From NCBI RefSeq assembly GCF_041146345.1, contig NW_027191413.1, forward strand, positions 2,418,001 to 2,482,000: a DNA stretch of 64,000 bases, written 5' to 3'. Source of the stretch: Neodothiora populina (lineage: Eukaryota). The notes under the pieces were generated by a model. It searched no databases, had not been told where the DNA came from, and saw nothing but the letters and a program-made list of their open reading frames with translations. Below, in pieces: positions 12,308 to 25,093 of this stretch (position 1 is the first letter of the stretch; every line of letters starts with the position of its first letter). The position numbers were made by a program, and so were the translations under genes.

Positions 12308-14711
12308 ATGACCAATCCTCGTCCATCTGCCGGCCCATATTCGATTCCATCTGCATCCAATTCTAGCAATTTCAGAAGATCTTCCTACGCCTCAGTTACG
12401 GCTGGGACGGCGATACCAGCCTCGCTACAGAACCAATCAACCAGATCGGGAGTCTTAGCACAGTTGTTGAGGAACGAAGAGGCGGACGGGCAACGAGACA
12501 GTGAGAGATCATCTTACAATCATTCACCGGCGACAGCAACCATGGCATCCAACAAGACAGGTGTTGAGAAGAAGTGGACTGGCTTCGGCAGTTCTGACTA
12601 TGCCATGGTGGACGATCTCCTGCCTCACGCGCCTGAATTCACATGTCCATCGTATCTGAGAACGTCTCGCTATGCTGAGAGGCTCGCGGAGGAGCATAGA
12701 AGTGCAATTGATGCCACGAGGGAGTCTCGTCGCCGAGGCAGACATGTTTATTACAGCAATGACAATCCACCTTCGGCTTCCTTGTCTGCCTCCTCGAGTA
12801 GCGCTAATCTGCAAAAGCTTCCCACGAGCTACTTACGGACTCACGATCACATTGATCGCTTGCCGACTTCTCATGCTGAAGAGCCTCTCAAGAAGTTGCC
12901 TACTGTTTGGAGCGACACAGACAAATGTTCTGGCCTTGAGGTCTTGAATGGCGGTTCTGAGGTTAGATTTGCTGGACAGACCAAGACGAGTGATGAAGCG
13001 GCTGCCATACGGAGTGATCATCCCATACCGAAAGAAGTTGGCCTATTCTATTTCGAGGTCACTATACTTTCCCGTGGCAAGGAAGGGTAAGTCCATGTAT
13101 ATCTCATACTTTCGTTCTCAGCGCTGACGACGAGGGTGAAGACTCATAGGCATCGGTTTCTCTAATCAAAAGGCGAACTTGAATCGCCTTCCAGGTTGGG
13201 AACCTGAGTCCTGGGCTTATCACGGCGACGATGGTTATAGTTTTGCTTGCACCGCCAGTGGGAAGCAATACGGCCCTAAGTTCTCCTCGCTTGATGTTAT
13301 AGGCTGCGGCGTAAACTTCAAACATGCAACCGCGTTCTTTACCAAGAACGGACAATTCCTTGGTAAGCTAATTCAAGATGCATGACCATCGCGGTGTAGT
13401 ACTGATATCTTCGTAGGTGAGGCGTTTCACAACATCAAGATAGACAATGTATATCCCTCGGTGGGTATGAAGAGACCTGGAGAACATCTGCGCGTCAACT
13501 TTGGCGCGACACCTTTTGTTTTCGACATCGATGCCATGATGAAGGTATGTCATGTCCCGACAACGCTTTGACGATGGTCATCATTGACCAGCCACAGCTT
13601 GAAAAGTCTATAGTCGGCGACGAGATCAACCGAACATCGGTGGCTTCCCTGGAACCACACTTGTCAGAGGGAGCTCTGATACAGGAACTCATTGCACAAT
13701 ATCTCGCTCACGATGGCTATGTCGAAACAGCGCGAGCTTTCGCTGATGAGGTACATGGCCAACGCCAGTCATTGTCAGGTGACACTGAGCCATTAAGGAC
13801 ATTTGATCCTTCGCAAGATGTACATGCAATCAACCGACAAAGTACGTACAGCTCCTGCCCCAGCATCAAGGTGATATTGACCTGTCTAGGAATACGCGCT
13901 GCGATACTCGACGGTGACATCGATAAAGCGCTGAAATACATCAGTACTTACTACCCTCATGTCCTCGAGCGCGTGGAGAACAGAGATGTTTACTTCAAGC
14001 TTCGATGCCGCAAATTCATCGAGATGATGCGGCGAAGTACAGAAATGGGCTCAGCTGCTGCCTCAAACCTCACCCCAAAGTCCTTTGGCAAGACACCCGA
14101 CAAGAGTGTTAGTTTTTCGGCGGAGACTGACTTACATATGGACATCGATGACCATTATCGACGTGATTCGCGACCGCCTGTGATTCCGCCTTTGTCCGTT
14201 CCGGCACCTCTCGACCCGAACATGATTTCTTCTAATGAGGATACGACGAACGACTCCATGGATACTCCGATCGACCAGTGTGGCGGCTCTGCGTCCCAGA
14301 AGTCCACGATAGTGAATCAGCACAGTCTCCTGAGTGATGCACTAGACTACGGACGAGAGCTCAGGAGAGAGTTCAGTGGGGACTCTCGCCCAGCAGTACA
14401 GCAGGCTCTGCAAGACACGTTCGCATTGCTTGCTTACACCGATGCTCGCGACTCTGTAGTAGGAGGTTTGATGGAAGGGAAAGGCCGAATAGAGATTGCG
14501 GAGGAAGTCAATGCAGCGATCCTAAGTATATTCACCCGCATTTCCCTCTTTTGTTTCATCGAGCTAACACCATTCCATAGTCTCACTCGGCAAACCGTCA
14601 TCTGCTGCTCTCGAGAATTTGTGCGCTCAGGCTGAAGTCTTGGTCGATATGCTCAGCGCTGAAGGTGGTTCTGGCGCATTCGTCAATGTCAGCAAGGATT
14701 GTTTTCATTAG
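12308..14711 (+). CDS. RanBP9/10 (Gid1/Vid30-like) SPRY-LisH-CTLH-CRA scaffold protein
   Basis: SPRY motifs (FYFEVTI, RLPGWEPESWAYHGDDG, DVIGCGVNF, VNFG), LisH (ELIAQYLAHDGYVETARAF), CTLH (IRAAILDGDIDKAL) and CRA (AEEVNAAIL). Five GT-AG introns; stop TAG at 14709-14711. Confidence 0.88.
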
Positions 14712-15372
14712 TGGTCGACCATATAAGTTCATCCTGATATTAGTCAATTGCGTCACACTAGCGGCGTCAGCATCCGATGCGAGTAAGCAAGCACTCGGCG
14801 TCGATGGGAATAAAGGGTTACTGTCAAGCGTACAAGTCTCCTTCAGCGGGCGCAAGGCGAGTCTCCTATATTGTACATAGGTACAGTGGCAATCGGGTGA
14901 CGGTGTGTTTTGGGGCATCTGGCGTTGTATACATGGAGTGACTAGTCGTATTTGCTCCTCACGGTAAACTCTGCTCTTTGTTATTGAGTGCATTTTCCAA
15001 TAGGTGCACAGGTGTCTGCAGTACGGTATGCGTATCTACTCGACAGCGTCGTGTGGCTGATTGCCTAGTGTTAAGCATGACAAGGAAAGCAACTGCACAT
15101 TCCTTCAGTTCACAGGCATCGTCAATACGTGTGTGTGCCCTGGTCATCCTGGCAGTGCCTGAATTCGTTTCAATGTTCATGGCCATTCAGCAATTCACAT
15201 TTCAGACCGCGTCCATGTGACTCGTGACATGATCTTTGAAGCTGTTTCATGTCTAGTCCGCTCCAAATTAGACGCACAAGTGTATAGTCTATCAATTTAT
15301 CTACCCATTTCCACAGGATTTTGCCCCAGCTACATACGTGTAAACAAAAGGCAGCCATCAAAACTTCGTGCT

Positions 15373-16983
15373 TCAGCAACGAACTTTCAAAGACCAGCCG
15401 AACCGTAGGATCCTGGCAGTCGCGACAAGACAAGTCCCGACCAGAGCCGAAGTGCCGGCCCAGATCTGCGCGTACTTGTAATCATTGCCATTGATGATCG
15501 CTCCACCTATGGGAGGACCGACGAGTGCGGCGAACGAAAATACGCTGAAAACCATACCTGCAATCGTACGGCATTAGTGACCGCGAGTGAAAATAATGCT
15601 CGCAAGGAAGTAAAGAAGACGAATGCAAAGAAGCTGGTGAACGTACCCAGTCGTGTGCCCGTCTTGGACAAGTCCTTGATCATCGTCGTGACAGAAGTCG
15701 GCAGCAGGCTCTGATACGCTGCGATGATGATGCCATAGAAGCACACAAAAACATATAGACCCGGCTTACTGTCCACTCCTATCCAGCAGTACAAAAGCAG
15801 ACACACCAGGATGAGCAATGCAATGAAGGTGTTGAGAACTCCGAAGAAACGATCGGCCATCAGGCCGGCGCACACTCGAGCTGGTATGCCCACTCCGTTC
15901 AAGATGATCAAGAGGATGATCGAGTTGGAGTATGAGAGTCCAAAGTTTTGACGCCCGTAGGAGGCCATCTGTCGTTTCCTGTAAGCAAAGACGCATCTAA
16001 GGAAAAGACTCTTGAGGTCATCCTCATCTGAGAGGCGCACAAATGTGCAGTATTCTGGGACTTACGTAGTAATTGGACCAATACAAGGTGGCCATGTGAA
16101 AAGAAAGACCTAGGGTATGCAAGACGAACTCGGGCTCTTTGAGGGCCGTGACATCAATCAATGGTCCTGACTTGCGGGGAGGCAATCGTGGACGCATGAG
16201 GGCGAGGACAACACTCAGACAGGCAAGGTTGAGAAAGCCTATCACTCTCATAGTCCAGCCAAATCCTAGTTGGGGCAACATCTGTCGAACCATCAATGGG
16301 TACAATGCAGCACCCAGACTGTTTCCTGTGGTTGCCAATGCAATTGCAAGACCGCGCTTGGTCGAGAAATACGTGCTCAATACTCCAATTGCTGGGGTGA
16401 AAAGTATGCCACTGCCAATGCCAGTGCAGATACCTTGCGCCAGAATGAGTTGATAATACTCAGAAGCCAAGCTGGTCATGAAGACTCCGATTACTTGGAT
16501 GGTTGAGCCAACAGCAAAGAGGGGAACAAAGAAACCGGCATCAGAAGCTCGCCCACTGAACGTCCCGAGAAAGAACAGCACAAAGGTCTGGACTGAGCCA
16601 ATCCATGAAATCGTCGAGGCCGACTCTGGAAGAATCGAGGAATAATGCGTTTGAAAAGTACCAAAGGAATTAACGAAACCCCAAGTATTGAAAATAACAA
16701 GGAACGCCATCGCGCACTGCAACCATGCTTTCAGTCCTCCATCCGGTGGTGGAGGTGGCTCGGGAAGTGATCTTGTGCTCAGTCGAGATGCAACACGGGT
16801 GAGGATACTCTCGCCCTTTGGCTGATTATTTGGCAGAGAAGACTGGAATCCATTTTCATTTTCTTCTTCCTTCTCAGTCCATGGTCTAGGAGATACACTG
16901 ATCTGATCCTCCGCAACCTCGATCGGTGTGTGTACACCACTGTGATCCAGCGGCTTCTCCTCCGAGCTTGGCCTTGACGACAT
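15373..16983 (-). CDS. MFS monocarboxylate-permease family transporter (Mch4/Mch5-like)
   Basis: PPDGGLKAW, FNTWGFVNSFGTFQ, GRASDAG, YFSTKRGLA, GTRLG and VGPPIGGAI, with multiple hydrophobic TM segments and two introns. Confidence 0.9.
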
Positions 16984-19531
16984 GGCCTTTCAAAATGAAT
17001 CTAGCCTCAAGAAGCACCTCTCCATGTATTCGTCCAATTCGTATGCAGAAACGACAGTACACACAAGAACAAAAGCCCTACAGAAAGGAGATCCTCCGTG
17101 TATATACAACCTGTGAACCAATGACTCAACTCAACGTTGAGCCTCATTGTTGGAAAAATTCATGGGCCGGCGAACGTGGCAAGTGATAGGCGTAGATATT
17201 CGCAGTGACCTCCGCCGAGATGGCCTAAAAGGGTCAAATTACCGATCTAGATTCCGCTACTCGGCTCCAATTCTGCCGAACGCAGTAGGAGTGGAACTCT
17301 TTCCTCTACTGCGCACCCCGATGGTCTCTGTTTTGTCACTCTACGGGACAGTCGGAGGGTGCTAGTCACCCTGATTTTCAAAAATCACGCCCACGGGAGA
17401 TGCGTGCTTGTTACACCGTGATGTCGGTATCAAGGTCTCAAACCAATGGTCGTTGCGTGGTCTCCGCCTTGCCCCCTCATCTCCAGACTTGACGTATGCT
17501 CCATATCACAAATAGCGTCCAAGCGGTGAATTAGTATAATATGATCAAAGATGGTCCTATATTGTGGAGCACGGCTGATATCGTCTCTATTAATCGGAAG
17601 CAAGTAAAGGCAGCTTATACGGTGCATGTGCACATCTATGGCTTTTGGTAGGGGCGGCTTTGGCATTTGCATGTGAGAGATTTGCTTTGTTGCTTAAGCC
17701 GAGAATGTGCGATGCTTCGGTAAGAACGCCGTGGTCAGTCGCGCACAGTGTACCAGCGTGATCCCTTTGTCAACTGGACTCGATGAATCACGTCGGACTC
17801 TTCATACGCAATCATCTTTCAGCTCAAGTGGATTTGACACACAAGGACACGCAACGTATACACAATACTGCCACGCAGCAGCTTTGCTTGTCTCGCTGCA
17901 TCTCCCTGACTCGAAATTCATGGACAATGCCTGCAAGGTCGATGATGACAACATGCACCATGTTGCCTCGACCAGTCTGGGTTCTTGTGGATGTCTAAGT
18001 CTTAATGAACTACTGCGGCGAGTAGATATCATCGGTGCACTGATTCAATGTCCTTTACCGCTATTTGGGCGTGATGATTCGTAGCATTAGCAGCATTTAG
18101 TATAAGTTTCACGTTACAAGGCTGACAAGGCTTTCCTCTTCCGGAGGCAGTGGCCATATGATTCTCACCTTCTGCCGTCAGACATCTTTCTGTAGAAAGA
18201 ACCGAGTCCTTCGTGATGGATCACAGGGCGCACGGGTGTATCAACGCATATTTCGCGCATAGATTGATTGACTTGCACAGTGCTGTACAGTCACGCTGTA
18301 AAAAAAATTACACACAGACATCTGTGTCACGTTTCAACGAGGCCTAGACAATGACGACTGACCAGTCAGCCATAACAACGCCCTAAATCACTTCTACATC
18401 ATCAGAAGGGTTCACTTCCACAAAGTCTCGAAAAAAGCTGTGGAGGGCAGGCACACAGCACTATTCCATAAGCTTTGCTAACGGCTGCAAGCAGAGCCTG
18501 CACCTGCACCTGCGCCGTTTGACGCCTTCACAGTTCTGCACCTGCGAGGACAAACGTATCGTGGAGCAAAGAACAATGCAAATCGAGGCTTCTACTACAT
18601 GACGGCCTCCGTAATGGGGCCATTTACGATTCTGACGAAGAAGTCTTGAAGAACATCCGGTACTTATACTCGGCAGCAGCCTTACCATGCAAATAATTTG
18701 GTACAGCAATCAGATTCTGATGTCAATTTGTCGCTGCAGTGGATGCTAGAATATAACCGAATATTGCCTGTAAGAATTATTAATTCGTGGCAGTCGCCTC
18801 GTGCGTAAGAGGCATCTGATGGCTATGGTGTTCCTTTATCAAATGCAAGCCACTGCAGCCACTCAAGTTCCCAATGGTATATCCGTCAACCTGAATGACT
18901 TTAGTTTCCCGATTTGGTGAATTAACTGAAAACCCGAGAAATGGTTCTAGGGGGCAGTGACAACTGCTCTCACCAGTGAAAACCGCCCTCCGCGCGCATC
19001 TGTCTACGGTAAGGTCATGTCTGGGTTCTGCAGCAAGGTCTTAGAACATCGTCGACTGAATGACAATAACCCACGTGTCAGTATGAACGTAGAAAGATCG
19101 GCGAAACAAGGTCAGTCGAGAGAACAAAAGACAGCAAGCAGTTCCGCCGCCTGCAGGAGATGCGCCCCGTAGGTAAGGTAGCTGTTTCCTGCGGAGAAGG
19201 CGCTCCCTGGCAGTTGAAACTACTACTGAAACCAATGGAAGCTTAAGTACACTTCCGCTGTCTGACATGTCTAGAATGTCTGGTTCGGAGAAACTTGCGT
19301 GACAATGTGATCATTATTGCCGGGAGAGAGGGGAGTGGTATAAAGATGCAAGAGATGCAGCACCAGATTATTATCTCAGCATCTCCAAGAAACTCGATGG
19401 TGCTCTTGAGGGGCATTCACGAACTTTCCTACATTCGTTTCACGTATCACATCTTTCATTATTATATCATTATTATCTGCTCCATCATTGCAATCCTGCA
19501 TCCAGATGTACCCTCTCGTCTCGAGTCTACA

Positions 19532-20524
19532 ATGACAGAAATCTAACAAATCATCCACCGCTAAAGCCGATGAGCAAATTCGCTGGCGAAGGCGCTCTTC
19601 GGTATCGGCGTCTACTACATTGATAAACTCTCTGATAACACGAATACACTCATGTGGCTGGTCGATCGAGCTATCTCCACCTATTTCAATCATTTAAGCC
19701 TTGCAGGACAAGGACACAGTACCATTTACCTAGACATAAGACCGGGTTGATCCCGCTCTTGTACCCCTCTTCAGATGATTCTCATCACCACATTCTGGCT
19801 GGTCCAGACATCCCACGCTCATTCACTACTCCTTGCAGGACAAGGAAACCAGCAATATCAGCTTCTGGGAAAAAAACCGGGTTGACCCCGTCGTCCTTTC
19901 AGAACTCTTCTCGGATGTATTCTATCATGCCGACGACTCCTTAGTCAATCTTTCTTGCTATTTCTCAATCTTCATTTCCTGGGCCGGTCCCTAATATCAC
20001 TGCATCCTGGAAGAAAGGTCAAGCAGCACATTATGCTCATGCTTTGCGCCTCATAATCTCGCCGGCTCGAGATTACGGGCTGGATAGGAACATACATCAC
20101 AACCCGGGTCTGCCTGACCTATGCTCTCCGGGGTTTTTAACATTCATTTTTATATATCAGTCACTACCCCTCCGGCCGATTTCGCTGGGAAATAGGGATG
20201 ATCCACGAAACGAGAGCTGGCACTCTCTGCTCACTTTTTTGCATACCGGTCTATGGAAAACTCACCGACAACGAAAGAGGAATGGTCCAGCGGATCATTT
20301 CGAACTTCAAGCGCCTGCTGGCAGGTCACCACCAAAGCGAAAAAAACGCCGGTCGTTCGCCTTATCAACCAGAAGGTTGGTTTATAAAAAAAGAAATAAA
20401 AAAAAGAAGAAATAACCAAGAACCGCGCGCGAGAGACAGAAGTGGACCTCCACTCCTTCTCCTGGAGGTTTACGTTAAACAAGTGAGAGGGCTGGCCCTT
20501 TACTCACTTCCCTTGGAAGTTTAG
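19532..20524 (+). pseudogene. Putative decayed orphan gene containing degenerate internal repeats
   Basis: Two peptide segments resemble each other (LFGIGVY..KLSDN..VDRAIS..LAG versus LFCIPVY.KLTDN..VQRIIS..LAG). There is a ~135-nt DNA tandem unit and several in-frame stops. Confidence 0.35.
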
Positions 20525-21124
20525 TTTTGAAGACAGGTGAGGGAGCTGGCATCTACTCGCTGTTCATTTCTGCATGGAAATTAGCATGACATCCAGGACC
20601 TGGAGTTTCGGAAAATGCAAACAAAAAGAAAAAGGAGAGAGAGGATTGGTCTCTTCAGTCTCGGCTGGAGTTTCTTCTTTATTGGTCATTTGGAAGCAAG
20701 GAGGAGCAACAAAAGTAAATATATCACAGGGAAAAAGGAGCTGGTCTTCTTTGATTAAAGCTGGTCTTTGATGTGGTGTTTGTATATAGAGATAGGTTAT
20801 GTATATAGATGAGAAATACGCGAGTATGTCCATTCACATGTCGAGGTCCATACATCATTGCCTTGTGGTTATGGAAAAACACAGTGGATCGTTGGTTATT
20901 CTATAGCCGAGTGTTGAAGCAATTGGAAAAGTGTCAAGACTTCTAGTCAATAACTTCTCTGAACTCAAGATTATTTAAGATCGAGGAAACCTGATGTTTT
21001 GGGAAGCTAAAGTCCAAAGATACAATCGTCATGAATCTAGCTGCAATCACTAGAGCATCGAATCATGAACACCATTTGCCGGCTGTAATACCGTACTTGT
21101 CTCATCACCCTCCACGTACAGACC

Positions 21125-23522
21125 TCATCTTCTAATACGACGCAACCCCCCGTTAGACTTATCAAAGATATTGCCTGAAGCTGCATAGCTACGATTGAGA
21201 CTCTTCCTTCCCGAGAATGTTCCCGCGCCTTTGGAGCCTTTCATGGTCTTGATAGCATCGTCTTCTATAGGCCGGGCTCGCGGAAGTGACTGTGGCTCGT
21301 TGGCGTGATGCACAGAACTGTAAGACTGCTGCAGGTGAGAATCTTGTTGGTATTGAGCGGAGCTTCTGTGGTGATATCCCATCTGCTGCTGGTGCATGAG
21401 GTCAGGCCTCGTGAACCAACCGTTGTTATCTCTTGGTGTCTGTCGCACAATGCTTGTAGGGTGGTACATAGAGTTCTCGTTGGCTGGACGATAATACAAT
21501 CGCGAGTTGTTGGCAGTCGAGCCTGGCCGAAGGACTGAGGTACCGCGATTGAATAGCGGCATCTGACCCGTAGGATCACCATGTGATACTTGGTGCGATG
21601 GCGGCAGCATGCGATCGACCTGAAGAAACTTCGCTGGAGCGTCTTGAGGTATCGGCTGTGCGAAGGCGTCTCCTCGGACAACAGTGCGCCTATTTGATGA
21701 TTCTGGACGGAAGAATGGGCTGCTGACGGTTTGTCTATTAGGTTGTATGCTCACTGTCATCTTCCGAGGCGAGGGGGTACTTGTTGCAAAGTATCCTTGT
21801 TGACCATAGTGACGCTCCGGTAGGTTGTGATACATCGGTTGGTTCTGTGCACTTGCAGTGGTTGTCCATTCACGATTTGGCCCCGGCATGCTGTTCAATG
21901 GCTCGTGTGCGAATGGCGCAGGCTGATATCTCCAATCCTCTATCACCAACCCTTTCTGACTTGCTTGATTGAGGTTTCTTCCTGTCCATTCAGAATATTC
22001 GTTTGTTGCTGCCGGGACGAGGTATCGAGGGGCAGGATGCGACACTCGTCTGCTGTGCTGAGGGTTTGTGGCGAATTTTGCACATTCTCCAGTACGCTGT
22101 ATACTCTGCAATGGTTGTTGGTAATGAGGTGGATGATGTATGTGAACAACGTGTCCGGAGGCTCTGTCGACATAGATACGGCGTTCATGCGGAATAGGTG
22201 TCGAGCGATAGCCTGTGTCTGATCCCATGGCTGGAAACCCAGTCTGTATATGGATCTTCGGACTTTGAGCCTCAATACCCTTTGAGTTTGGCGGTCTCTG
22301 AGCTGCTATGCTGGATGCTGGTATACTAGGTGGGGGCATAGACTTTACAGGATCTAATTGCGCTTGCTGCCTTCTGTCACGATCTGAGTCTAGAGTGTAT
22401 TGTGCGTGATGACGCTTTCTTGAAGTATTGTCTCCGGGAGAATCGGTCACTAGTCTCTATGGTTAGTATAACAGCAGGAGCACACCGCTGAGTGGGCGGC
22501 CTACAAGTATCTGAGGAACTACCTCGCAAAGTGGTACTCAAAGGGCCACGAGGATCGAATTGCTGGATACCGGAGTTGGGTCTGAAGTCTGATCTTGCTG
22601 TTGGTACTTCCATCTCGGACTTGTAGCTGTAATCCGTATCTGAGACTGGGTATCCCATGTTGGTGAGCTGTCGGCGTAATTCCCTTATTTCACTAGTCTG
22701 GAATTAGCATTTCAAATATGCGCAGAACCATGAACTAATCAGATACTTGGACATGACGCTGAAGACACGAAGATAGTGTGTGATCTCTGGCTCTTTCTGT
22801 TTCCACCTCTCTAACTTCCTCTCGAAATAGGTCGCCTTTTCATTCATTTCATGTAATTCGGCCCGCGCTCTCTCACACTCTCGTGTCGAGTCCAGTAAGT
22901 ACTCCTTATTCTGCACAATGGTCCGCTGACTGTGACGATATTCTCTCCTGATAGATCTACCGTAAGACATAAGGCTCAAATATTGAAACTAGGTCATCAT
23001 CAGTGGGCCATTGTGGAACGAGCTTTGGACAATTGTGGCACACTTACGCGAAGGCAGTCCATTTTGCTACTTTCAAGGCTCTGCGGAGGGCAGTCGAAAA
23101 AGGCTGCAGGTATCACTGGATCGTGATCCCCTGCAGTAAACGCACGTATCGGAAAGTAAGACTTGATGGAGTGATCGTCCTTGGTACGCACACACTCTGT
23201 ACACGCAGCCTGAAATCGGCCAATATCTGTATGGTCAGACACCGCTGCAAATGTGAATCATATCAGATTGGTTCGACTATCATCAAGCAGGCGTCAGACC
23301 TTCGGCATCCACATGCTTGAAGCAGATCAGATGCCCACACTCGGTCATCCAGAACTTATTGGCTTTGCCATGCTCCGCGAGTTGCTCGTCAGCATTGTGA
23401 TGGGTGGCTGAAGGCCGGTATATATCACGGATAGAGTCATGGCAGATGTAGCAGTGGAATATTATGTCCAGAGGGTCGAGGAAGTCCAGGGCGGGGTCGT
23501 TGAGGGAACTTTGCTCAGACAT
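21125..23522 (-). CDS. RING-finger/coiled-coil protein with long disordered C-terminus, Zip3/RNF212-like putative meiotic E3 ligase
   Basis: Spliced exons give CYIC...FWMTECGHLICFKH...CTEC (RING-like), then CLR|FQYLSL, a coiled coil, EIRELRRQLTNMGY and a 440-aa low-complexity last exon. Four GT-AG introns. The family assignment is inferred from domain architecture. Confidence 0.6.
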
Positions 23523-23949
23523 GCTAATTAATCGGGATATCAGATACAACAATTTTGAAGATTTCCTCAGATCCTCGAAGTCATCTCGAGACAGCAGTCA
23601 AGTCGCTGAGTATTGCCTGACATAGGTAAGACGAAGATGTCGTCCATAGATGGCAAGTAGTACCAAGCCGAGTGGGTCGCACCTGCCTATCATGCAGTGG
23701 TTTGACATTGGCTATTTCCCTCTGTGGGAGTGTTCTTGCCTGCAGTGACTCGTAGACTTGCACATGCCGTGACCTACCTGGAACATCGTACGTTCGACTG
23801 CGCCGACGATCTCACATTATCTCTCCGTAGCCGCTCTCTCCGTGGATTGGATACATAGTATGGAACAATGTTGGCAATTTTGATTCATTGTGGAAGTAGA
23901 CGCGACCGAATGCTAGAAGGCTGAATAACTCATATATGTACAGATTCCT

Positions 23950-24664
23950 CTATTCGAAAGTTCTGCAAGGGTATCTGGAGGGCGCATGAAGGTTAGCATC
24001 TCGTACGCTATTTCGATAAAGTAGAGGTTCGATGATACACACTTTCCCTCGTAGGTCTGTTCCTCGAGCATCTCGTAGCGCTTGGGTGCAGCACCGGGGT
24101 ATCTTGAAGTGGGAAGAGGCGGTAGACCGTTGGGTCCCATGACAGCAGCGAAAGCAGTCTTGTCCTTCTTGAAGAAAGCCGATAAGCCCTTCTGGCCCTC
24201 CTCCTTGACGGCGACTAATTGCTTGGAGCCGGCGTCGCCAATCTGTAGCGTGTCTTTGGGGTTTGCTGCGTTTCCAACGCTCAACAAAGCGACGACATCT
24301 GGCTGCTTGACTACGCTGAGGCGGGGGTATGATCGTCTGACGTCGCGCTTCCAGTATGGGTTCTCCGCCAGATCGCCGGCTGGGACGGTGGTCGGGTCGT
24401 CGTACTCCTTGGGGTCGAGGGCTCCTGGCGAAGGGACGCGGAACTGAGGGTTGAGAGGAACACCGGTCGAGCGCTTGGGATCGACAGCGAAGAAGTTGTT
24501 GATCTTAGCATAGATGCCGGTGGGTTGGACGGTGTATTTCTGGAATTGAAAGTGAGCAATGCGCTATGAATGAGGAAGTAAGAAGAGCATCATATCGAAT
24601 GTACCTGGAATTGCTTCGCCGCACCAGCGGCAGAAGTCGCTATCTTCTTGACTTCGGCAACCAT
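23950..24664 (-). CDS. NADH-ubiquinone oxidoreductase 21.3 kDa accessory subunit (complex I)
   Basis: MVAEVKK...KYTVQPTGIY...FFAVDPKRSTGVPLNPQFR...PAGDLAENPYWKRDVRRSYPRLSVV...YPCRTFE*, with two introns. Confidence 0.88.
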
Positions 24665-25093
24665 GATGTGTGATTGATTGGATGGTCAATTGGGCAGATG
24701 CTAAGATGGTATGGTATAGTACAGTCGACACTTGCGCTGCATCCAACAAGTCTGGAGTCGAGGTTGGCGGCGGTCCGGGGGATTTCAGCCAATCACAATC
24801 GCCGAAATGACACCTTCATCAGTCACTTCCTCTACAAACACTGTCATATCCGGTCAAAACTCACTCCATTCTGTATATGTGGACCTGATATAGTAATCGC
24901 TGTGACTCTGTGATAGATGCACTCGTCGTGTGCCTGAATCGCCAAGATAAGTCCTTTAATGTGGGTTCGATTGGACTAGCCATCTATACAGCTGCAGTTA
25001 ATCATTCCACCCGCGCTGCTTTCCTTTGTTATATTCTATTGTTTTATCGCAAATTCACAGCTCCGTTTTCCAATATCCCCTCCACCCTCAACA

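Noticed and set aside
13842..13889. 48-nt stop-free in-frame intron in the RanBP10 gene
   Set aside because: Very short 3n introns are frequently stop-free by chance, and retention would interrupt the CTLH motif.
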